Source: a virus
Reading direction: 5' to 3' (one strand)
Length of the DNA stretch: 42,470 nucleotides
IMG/VR virus record: IMGVR_UViG_3300030732_000036
Span: 1-42,470 of that record
In this document: piece after piece, positions 1-6,215 of the stretch
Numbering within the stretch: the stretch's first letter is position 1
How the letters are laid out: every line of letters starts with the position of its first letter
Translations under genes and position numbers: made by a program
Notes under the pieces: model-generated
Databases searched by the model: none
What the model saw: the letters and a program-made list of their open reading frames with translations, nothing else
Told to the model about the DNA's origin: nothing

Positions 1-99
1 CCCAGAGGCCACACATTCTTCCGGGCGCGAATCGTTCGCAGTTGCATTGCGGGCTGCGCTCGCCGTTCGACCAACTGCTTGCAGCGCAGATGGTCAGGG
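1..99. repeat. terminal direct repeat, copy 1 (identical to 42372..42470)
   Basis: The first 99 nt (cccagaggccacacattcttcc...gcagatggtcaggg) recur base-for-base as the last 99 nt. An ORF reads through the junction, so this is a circular-assembly overlap or terminal redundancy. Confidence 0.95.
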
Positions 100-283
100 C
101 GCGGCAGTGGCCGCTATCGAATTCGCCCTGGAATCTGACGACGGCGATGGGTTCCTGCGCAACTGGTTCAATGGCGAGTTCGACATTTGCCGCGAGCACT
201 GGCCGGAAGCGCCAGAAGGCGTCTATATCGGCGCTGACCCGCTCTACAGACCTGCCGCCAAAGGTGCAGGCGGTCAGGGATGA
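1..283 (+). CDS. hypothetical protein, C-terminal part of a wrap-around ORF (N-terminal part is 41911..42470; 247 aa after circularisation)
   Basis: The frame of 41911..42470 is still open at the window end. After removing the 99-nt overlap it is in phase with the ORF ending at TGA 281..283 (461+283=744 nt). Confidence 0.6.
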   Translation, partial: PEATHSSGRESFAVALRAALAVRPTACSADGQGAAVAAIEFALESDDGDGFLRNWFNGEFDICREHWPEAPEGVYIGADPLYRPAAKGAGGQG

Positions 284-660
284 AAACGCTACGCGAAATC
301 CGCATGTGGCACTGGCGCCAGGTCGTGAACAGCCGCCAGCTCGAGCGCGACCACGAGGCCGGCCTGCAGGCGTGGGGCAACGTCCACTACAGCACCAGCA
401 GCATCGCCAGGCACAGGGCCGACGCCGACCGCCACCTGCGCGCGGTGCAGACGCTGAACGAGTTCGTGACTGGGGTGGCCGAGTACGATTGCATGGAGGC
501 CGATGGCCGAGACCCTGACGGCCTTGCGCGGCGGGCGCGCGGCGAACCGGTGGATGTCATTACGGTTAAAGGGTCTGGGCCCTTCATTGCGGCGCTGCGG
601 GCGAATGCGCCGAGCAAGCCCTTTGCGTCCGCTATCGTCGATGGCGGGGTTGATCCATGA
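280..660 (+). CDS. hypothetical early protein (126 aa)
   Basis: ATGA start/stop overlap with the upstream ORF, inside a same-strand coupled gene chain. No motif recognised. Confidence 0.6.
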   Translation: MKTLREIRMWHWRQVVNSRQLERDHEAGLQAWGNVHYSTSSIARHRADADRHLRAVQTLNEFVTGVAEYDCMEADGRDPDGLARRARGEPVDVITVKGSGPFIAALRANAPSKPFASAIVDGGVDP

Positions 661-857
661 GCGCCACCGGCGAAACGGGCATCGTGCAAACCACCACGTT
701 CACCTGCCAGGTGTGCGGCCACGTCGAGCAGACCGTGGAGGATGTGTCCCTGTACAGCGAGACTATCGTGATGTCGCCGAATGGCGGGTGGAATTTTGAC
801 TACGTGGAGATAGACGGGGTCGAAAAGTTCGTTTGCCTGAAGTGCATGCCGAAATAA
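657..857 (+). CDS. small zinc-ribbon-like protein (66 aa)
   Basis: ATGA overlap with the upstream gene. Two CxxC pairs (CQVCG ... CLKC). Last gene before the promoter/hairpin cassette. Confidence 0.6.
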   Translation: MSATGETGIVQTTTFTCQVCGHVEQTVEDVSLYSETIVMSPNGGWNFDYVEIDGVEKFVCLKCMPK

Positions 858-858
858 T

Positions 859-888
859 TTGTACAAATAAACCGGGCTCGGCTATACT
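859..888 (+). promoter_or_regulatory. sigma70-like promoter, rightward: TTGTAC-N18-TATACT, with the -35 inside palindrome TTTGTACAAA (858..867)
   Basis: Hexamers read directly in the 152-nt non-coding gap. Same palindrome-plus -10 module as at 5692-5720, 29435-29463 and 33069-33096. Confidence 0.45.
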
Positions 889-916
889 CATTTCCGCCAA
901 GCCTTATTTACCTAGT

Positions 917-1000
917 ATGCCCCCGTGGGGGCGCTCCCACCCGGTACTGGCCGGGAGGCTTGGCAGCCGGGAGCGCGCCCACGGGGGCATTTTCATTTCG
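917..1000 (+). terminator. structured hairpin S1: 22-bp stem (917-938 / 969-990, 21 of 22 paired), 30-nt loop with two mini-hairpins, then TTTCATTTC
   Basis: Pairing checked base by base; the only mismatch is G930/G977. A T-rich tract follows, and the GGAG RBS of the next gene comes directly after it. Confidence 0.5.
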
Positions 1001-1009
1001 GAGTGCCAA

Positions 1010-2194
1010 TTGCAATATAAAATTCTCCAAGGCGATTGCGTCGAAGCCATGCGCGCGATGCCTGATAACTCCTTCGACTCGATCGTGACCGACCCACCCT
1101 ATGAACTCGGGTTCATGGGTAAGGGCTGGGACAGTACCGGCATCGCCAATAGTGTGGAGATGTGGCGCGAGGCGCTGCGCGTGCTCAAGCCTGGCGGCCA
1201 CCTGCTGGCGTTCAGCGGCAGCCGCACCTATCACCGCATGACGTGTGCGATTGAGGATGCCGGGTTCGAGATCCGCGACCAGATCATGTGGGTCTACGGC
1301 TCGGGCTTCCCGAAGTCGCTGGACGTGAGCAAGGCAATCGACAAGGCGGCCGGCGCAGAGCGCGAGGTTGTTGGCACCAAGCTGGGGCTACCGGGCTACT
1401 CGCTTGCCGAGGACAAAGGGCGAAGCACTTACAGCGCTGAAGGGCGCAGCAGTGAGGTTGAGTGCGCAATCACCGCGCCAGCAACCGACGACGCCCGCCA
1501 GTGGTCCGGCTGGGGCACCGCCCTGAAGCCGGCGCACGAGCCTATCTGCGTGGCGCGCAAGCCGCTGGCCGGCACCGTGGCGGCGAACGTGCTGCAGTTC
1601 GGCACTGGGGCGATCAACATCGATCGGTGTCGAGTGCCTACCGATGGCGCTGATGCGCGAAACTGGTCTGGCGATCGTGGCCAGGTTGGCACTTCACGCA
1701 ATTCAGATTTTGCGTTGACGGCCGGCAGTGCTGCTGAACTCGGACGCTGGCCAGCCAACATCATCCACGATGGCAGCGACGAGGTGGTGGCGCACTTTCC
1801 GATCACGACTAGCGGCGCTGTAAAGCCCGGCACCTGTGCGGCTGCGGACGAGAACCGTCTAACCTTCGGGCAGTTTGACGGCTACGAAATGAAACCGCGT
1901 GAAAAAGACACCGGCAGCGCCGCTCGCTTCTTCTACTGCGCCAAGGCGAGCAAGAGCGACCGCGGCCCCGGCAATACTCACCCCACCGTCAAGCCGCTGG
2001 CGCTGATGCGCTACCTGCTGCGCCTGGTGACGCCGCCGGGTGGCCGTTCGCTCGATCCGTTCATGGGCAGCGGTACCACGATCGTGGCCGGCCTGCAAGA
2101 GGGCCTGTCCATGACGGGCATCGAGCTGCACGCCGAACATATCGAGATTGCGGACCGCCGCGCGGAAATCGAACTTATCGGAGACCTGCTGTGA
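1010..2194 (+). CDS. DNA methyltransferase, N6-adenine/N4-cytosine type (beta-class order: DPPY ... FxGxG)
   Basis: Motif IV is SIVTDPPY near the N-terminus and motif I is DPFMGSGTT near the C-terminus. TTG start at 1010 has GGAG 6 nt upstream and gives the typical N-terminus (M)QYKILQGDC. An in-frame ATG at 917 is an alternative start but lies inside the S1 stem. Confidence 0.85.
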   Translation: MQYKILQGDCVEAMRAMPDNSFDSIVTDPPYELGFMGKGWDSTGIANSVEMWREALRVLKPGGHLLAFSGSRTYHRMTCAIEDAGFEIRDQIMWVYGSGFPKSLDVSKAIDKAAGAEREVVGTKLGLPGYSLAEDKGRSTYSAEGRSSEVECAITAPATDDARQWSGWGTALKPAHEPICVARKPLAGTVAANVLQFGTGAINIDRCRVPTDGADARNWSGDRGQVGTSRNSDFALTAGSAAELGRWPANIIHDGSDEVVAHFPITTSGAVKPGTCAAADENRLTFGQFDGYEMKPREKDTGSAARFFYCAKASKSDRGPGNTHPTVKPLALMRYLLRLVTPPGGRSLDPFMGSGTTIVAGLQEGLSMTGIELHAEHIEIADRRAEIELIGDLL

Positions 2195-4302
2195 TGGCCA
2201 CGCCCGACACCCTCCCCGCCCTGCTCCCCGTCACCGTCGACGGCATCCCCGCCAGTATGCTCGACACCCCCCGCTGGGCGCCGTGGCGTGCGGTGTGGAA
2301 CGCCAAGAAGGAGAAATACGAGAAGATCCCCCACCGCGCCGACCGGGTGCAGTCCGGCCTGTCGAACAAGTCGAGCAAGGGCTGGTGCGCCTTCCATGTG
2401 GCCATGGCCGCCTACCTGAAGAATCCGGACCTGTTCGCCGGCGTGGGCTACCTGATGACCGGCGCGCACGATCTGGTGGCGGTGGACCTCGACCATTGCG
2501 TGCAGGACGGCGAGATCGCGCCGTGGGCGGCGGAGGTGGTGGCCAAGCTGGACAGCTACACCGAGGTCAGCCCGTCCGGCCGAGGCCTGCGGGTGATGAT
2601 CGAGGGGACCATCGAGCGGGACTGGACCAATCACGATGTGGGTATCGAGGTGTACGGCGGCGGCGACGCCCGCTTCGTCACCATCACCGGGGCCAGGCTG
2701 CCGGGCAGTCCGGGAACGGTGCGCCGGCCGCGCGGCGGGGCCATGGACGCGATCACCGCGCGCTACCGCAAGACCAAGACGGCGGCCGAGATCGAGGACC
2801 TCCACCTGCCGGCGCTGCTGGGGGCTGACGAACTGCCCGATATCAGCGAGCTGGAGATCCCGCCGCACGCGCGCAACTTCCTGATGGACGGCGCCGAGCC
2901 TGGCCGGGACCGTTCGCAAGCCCTGTTCGCCACCTCGATCGCGCTGCGCCAGTCCGGGCTCGAGCGGCAGGTGATCCTGTCCATACTGGAGGCGAACGAG
3001 CACGCCATGGAGGTGGCCATGGACCACCGGCGCCAGGATTACGACAAGGCCGTGCGCTACCTGTGGAAGGACCATTGCCAGGCCGGCGTGGCGCGGGCCG
3101 ATGGGCTCCGCCAGCTGTCCATGGACGAGTTCGACGAATTGGAGGCCCAGGAAGGGCCCGCCAAGGCCTCGCCGGTGGCGGCCGGGCAGAACGGGGTGGC
3201 TGACGACTTCGACGTGCTGGACGACGATTTTGCCGACCTGCTGGGCGTGGGCCCAAAAGTGGACCGGGCGCCGGTCAAGCTGCCGCGGTTCACCCCCTTG
3301 CCGCTGACCTCCTTCATGCACCGCAAGCCTGCGCGCTGGATCGTGCGCGGCGTGCTGCCGCAGGCGGGCCTGGTGTTGCTTTATGGCGACAGCGGGGCGG
3401 GCAAGACGTTCTTCGCGCTGGACCTGGTCGGCGCCGTGGCGCGCGGCATCGCCTGGCGCGGCCACACCGTGAGCAAAGGCCGGGTGGTCTATATCGTGGC
3501 CGAGGGCGCAACGGGCTTCCGCAATCGGGTGCTCGCCTATTGCGAGTTCAACGGCATCGAGCCGGCCGACCTCGACATTCTGGTCATCCCGGACGCACCC
3601 CAGCTGCTCGACAAGGCCCACATCAAGGAGCTGGTGCTGGCGATCAAGAAGGTCGGGCCCGTGGCGATCGTGGTGGTCGACACCTACGCCCGCGCCATGG
3701 CCGGCGCCAATGAGAACGACGCCAAGGATACGGGGCAGGCCGTTGCCCATTGCGACCTGATCCACCGCACCACCGGGGCGCTGGTGCTGCTGGTGCACCA
3801 CAGCGGCAAGGACGGCAGCCGAGGGGCGCGGGGCAGCGGGGCGCTTCGGGCGGCGGCAGACGCCGAGATTGAAGTGTTGCAATTACGCGACTACCGGGCC
3901 GCCACCGTCACCAAGATGAAGGATGGCGAGGACGGCAAGGAGTATGCGTTCAAGCTCAACGAAGTCACCATAGGGCTGGACGACGAGGGCGAGGCTATCA
4001 CCTCCTGCGTGGTCGAGGTCCGCGCCAGCGGGGCACCCGCCAAGGCCATGGAGAAGGTGCGCTTGACACCCGTGCAGCAGCTGGTGCTGAGGGCCTTTGA
4101 CACCGCCGCCGATCTGGGCGGCCAGGGCATGCACTATGCCGACATCAAGCAAGCCGTGGTCGACCAGATACCCCGCGATCTGGAGAAGAAAAAGGACAAT
4201 CGCCACCGCGATGTGGGCAATGCGATCGAGGCTTTGGTCGGTTATGGTTATCTAAATAGCATCGAAGGTGGCATGTTGGTACGTGCAGAAAATAACGTGT
4301 AG
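2194..4302 (+). CDS. bifunctional primase-polymerase (AEP/prim-pol N-terminus) fused to a RepA/DnaB-like (AAA_25-type) helicase
   Basis: N-terminal half has VAVDLDHC (DxD) and YTEVSPSGRGL motifs. C-terminal half has Walker A (GDSGAGKT), Walker B (IVVVDTYARAM) and LVHHSGKDGSRGARGS. ATG 2194 overlaps the upstream stop; GTG 2191 is an alternative start. Confidence 0.85.
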   Translation: MATPDTLPALLPVTVDGIPASMLDTPRWAPWRAVWNAKKEKYEKIPHRADRVQSGLSNKSSKGWCAFHVAMAAYLKNPDLFAGVGYLMTGAHDLVAVDLDHCVQDGEIAPWAAEVVAKLDSYTEVSPSGRGLRVMIEGTIERDWTNHDVGIEVYGGGDARFVTITGARLPGSPGTVRRPRGGAMDAITARYRKTKTAAEIEDLHLPALLGADELPDISELEIPPHARNFLMDGAEPGRDRSQALFATSIALRQSGLERQVILSILEANEHAMEVAMDHRRQDYDKAVRYLWKDHCQAGVARADGLRQLSMDEFDELEAQEGPAKASPVAAGQNGVADDFDVLDDDFADLLGVGPKVDRAPVKLPRFTPLPLTSFMHRKPARWIVRGVLPQAGLVLLYGDSGAGKTFFALDLVGAVARGIAWRGHTVSKGRVVYIVAEGATGFRNRVLAYCEFNGIEPADLDILVIPDAPQLLDKAHIKELVLAIKKVGPVAIVVVDTYARAMAGANENDAKDTGQAVAHCDLIHRTTGALVLLVHHSGKDGSRGARGSGALRAAADAEIEVLQLRDYRAATVTKMKDGEDGKEYAFKLNEVTIGLDDEGEAITSCVVEVRASGAPAKAMEKVRLTPVQQLVLRAFDTAADLGGQGMHYADIKQAVVDQIPRDLEKKKDNRHRDVGNAIEALVGYGYLNSIEGGMLVRAENNV

Positions 4303-4316
4303 GTAAAATTATGCAT

Positions 4317-4437
4317 GCTTCATTTGCTTCATTTGCTTCAAACTGCTTCATTTGAAGCAAATCACCCTTGCTTCATTTGCTTCACTCGCTTCACCCCTAA
4401 AGGGGTGATGAAGCGAAGTGAAGCAAAAAGGTGAAGC
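4317..4437. repeat. iteron array: 7 direct GCTTCA and 4 inverted TGAAGC copies; probable replication origin
   Basis: GCTTCA starts at 4317, 4326, 4335, 4345, 4370, 4379 and 4388. TGAAGC starts at 4353, 4409, 4419 and 4432. Spacing is 9-10 bp. Central palindrome is GCTTCACCCCTAAAGGGGTGATGAAGC. The array has AT-rich flanks and lies directly after the primase-helicase gene. Confidence 0.7.
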
Positions 4438-4475
4438 AGTACAGGGCGTGTAAATTTTTACAGATTGGAGTGGTC

Positions 4476-4814
4476 ATGACCTGGTCGGACGAATCAAGGC
4501 AATCGCGCGGTTACGACGCGGCGTGGGAGAAGGTCAGGGCCCGGGTGGTGGAGAGGGACAAAGGCCTGTGCCAGGCTTGCCTCGTGCATGACCGGGTGAG
4601 CATCGGGCAAGAGGTGGACCACAGGGTGCCCAAGGCCGAATGCGCTAAGCGCGGGTGGACCCGGGCCCAGACCGATGCCGAGTCGAACCTGTGGCTGCTG
4701 TGCAAGCCCTGCCACAAGGCCAAGACGGCGAGGGAGAACGGCCGGGTGCTGGTGCCCAAGGTCGCCTACGGGGTGGACGGATGGCCGCTTGACAACCCCG
4801 AAAGGCTGGTTTAG
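4476..4814 (+). CDS. HNH endonuclease (packaging-associated type)
   Basis: Motif pattern CQAC...EVDHRVP...NLWLLCKPCHKAKT. GGAG lies 5 nt upstream of ATG 4476. The longer ORF from 4431 would start inside the iterons. Confidence 0.85.
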   Translation: MTWSDESRQSRGYDAAWEKVRARVVERDKGLCQACLVHDRVSIGQEVDHRVPKAECAKRGWTRAQTDAESNLWLLCKPCHKAKTARENGRVLVPKVAYGVDGWPLDNPERLV

Positions 4815-4849
4815 GATTCGTCCTACTGGTGTGGTCGCATCGGTGGTGC

Positions 4850-4934
4850 AAGGGCTTTGCCTTGCGTTCTCAGACGGGAGACCGTTGGTTGCGACCACAA
4901 CCCGAGAACGTGAGGCAAAGCCCTTTTTCTATTT
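4850..4934 (+). terminator. structured hairpin S2: 22-bp stem (4850-4871 / 4904-4925), 32-nt loop with two mini-hairpins, then TTTTTCTATTT
   Basis: All 22 positions pair as plus-strand RNA; the two non-Watson-Crick positions are G-U wobbles. A U-tract follows immediately, then GGAG and ATG 4947. Confidence 0.6.
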
Positions 4935-4946
4935 CCGGAGCGAAAC

Positions 4947-5399
4947 ATGGACCGCATCATCGTCGTGACCACAACGCACGCCAGCACCGCCGACCAGCTC
5001 AACACGCTGCGCAAGCGCGTGATCGAGCAACTGCCGGCGACGGGCTATGTCGTCCTGGTCGTGCCAAACCACGTCGAGGTGCACGAGCTGGGCACGCGGC
5101 AGCAGCCCGAGCGGCATGGGCAGGCCGAAGTCGAACAGATGCTCGGCGAGCCGGGCACTGCGCCAGCGGCGCCGGACACCACGACCAGCCCATCGGGCAG
5201 CAAGGTCGAGCACGTCAGCGCGGAGGTGTTCGACGAACCAATCCGCTACGTGTGGCTGTCCCGGGAGGAAACGACCGATGACCAGCGCGCCATGGCGGTA
5301 GGCGTTGACACGATGCGCGTGCCGCCACGGTGGGCGATCTCGCTCGACCAGCTCACGCCCGACCAGGTGCTGTTCGCCCGTCCGATCTGCGAGCTGTGA
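4947..5399 (+). CDS. hypothetical protein (150 aa)
   Basis: GGAG lies 7 nt upstream of the ATG. GC-rich codon pattern typical of the genome. No motif recognised. Confidence 0.6.
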   Translation: MDRIIVVTTTHASTADQLNTLRKRVIEQLPATGYVVLVVPNHVEVHELGTRQQPERHGQAEVEQMLGEPGTAPAAPDTTTSPSGSKVEHVSAEVFDEPIRYVWLSREETTDDQRAMAVGVDTMRVPPRWAISLDQLTPDQVLFARPICEL

Positions 5400-5401
5400 C
5401 C

Positions 5402-5539
5402 ATGGCAAAGATGGACCTCACCAAATTCCTGGAAGCCGTTGGCGGCAAACCGCTGCCGCAATGGCAGCGCGACATGATCAACGCGCTGTGGGCTGCACGC
5501 GTCACGAAGGATCTGTGCGAAAAATTACGCAAGGGGTAG
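5402..5539 (+). CDS. hypothetical small protein (45 aa)
   Basis: The ATG lies 2 nt after the upstream stop. Weak RBS and short length. Confidence 0.35.
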   Translation: MAKMDLTKFLEAVGGKPLPQWQRDMINALWAARVTKDLCEKLRKG

Positions 5540-5691
5540 GGCGGGTCGAAACTTTAAAAGCTTGACTTTTGGAAGGACCGGCGCTAGCCTTCGATTTAAC
5601 GCAAAGGCATAATTTCTTGGGGAAACATTACTGAGATACAACACAATTCAGGGCAATCGGAGGGGTAGCGGGACCTACGAGCTACATGCAA

Positions 5692-5719
5692 ATTATAGCA
5701 CGAAACCGCATTTGTACAA
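5692..5719 (-). promoter_or_regulatory. leftward extended -10 promoter: TTGTAC-N16-(TGc)TATAAT, with the -35 inside palindrome TTTGTACAAA (5711..5720)
   Basis: Minus strand reads TTATTTGTACAAATGCGGTTTCGTGCTATAATTTGCATG. It points away from terS and against all flanking genes. Confidence 0.45.
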
Positions 5720-5726
5720 ATAATTT

Positions 5727-6215
5727 ATGACCACGAAAACCGCCCCCCGCAGAGCCCGATCCGACAGCGCCACCGCCGCGATAAACGCCGCAAAAAATGC
5801 CGCGCTTGGCGACCTTATGCCCCCCGAGCACGTAAAAATTTCCCCTGAAGTTCTGCCCGACTACATCGCCATCGTCCGCGCCCGCGCGCGCGACGAGTGG
5901 AGCGAACTGGACCTGATCGTCGCCGCCCAGCTGGCCGAGGTGATCGGGCAGCAGCGCGAGCAGACTGCGAAAATCACGCTCGAAGGCGACGTGGTGGAAA
6001 ACATGAAAGGCACCTTGGTTGCCAACCCCCGGGTGACGATTCTCGAACGCCTGGCCGGCCGACAAATGGCCTACATGCGCACGCTGCAGATGGGCGGCCG
6101 GGTGCCCGGCACCGCCGGCGACAAGCGCAAGAAGCAAGGCGCGCGGCAGCTTGAACGTGGCGCCCGCGCCGCGCACCAACAAGCCGCCGACGAAACCAAC
6201 AACCTGCTGGCGTAA
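5727..6215 (+). CDS. terS: terminase small subunit (P27-family-like)
   Basis: Lies immediately upstream of terL and is coupled to it by TAATG. Basic N- and C-termini. The call rests on position and loose similarity only. Confidence 0.6.
   Translation: MTTKTAPRRARSDSATAAINAAKNAALGDLMPPEHVKISPEVLPDYIAIVRARARDEWSELDLIVAAQLAEVIGQQREQTAKITLEGDVVENMKGTLVANPRVTILERLAGRQMAYMRTLQMGGRVPGTAGDKRKKQGARQLERGARAAHQQAADETNNLLA

Noticed and set aside
1-99. Interpretation of the 99-bp end repeat as att sites or prophage borders
   Set aside because: There is no integrase and no flanking host genes. The repeat lies inside a continuous phage ORF, so it reflects circular closure of the contig.
833-1009. N-terminal extension of the methyltransferase ORF from the TTG at 833
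   Set aside because: It would overlap the end of the zinc-ribbon gene and read through the promoter and the 22-bp hairpin. MTase-like sequence starts only at the TTG at 1010, which has a GGAG RBS.
2011-3882. 623-aa ORF on the minus strand, opposite the primase-helicase gene
   Set aside because: This is a typical high-GC antisense shadow ORF. It is Arg/Gly/Ala/His-rich low-complexity translation with no motifs, while the plus-strand frame has clear prim-pol and Walker motifs.
4317-4437. Possible CRISPR-like array, because of the tightly spaced repeats
   Set aside because: The repeat unit is only 6-9 bp with 9-10-bp phasing and no spacers. Orientations are mixed and there are no cas genes. 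It fits iterons, not CRISPR.
4850-4925. A 76-nt structured element that could have been a tRNA
   Set aside because: A 22-bp outer stem and two 4-5-bp inner hairpins are incompatible with a cloverleaf. There is no 7-bp acceptor stem, no T-loop GTTCRA and no anticodon-arm geometry.
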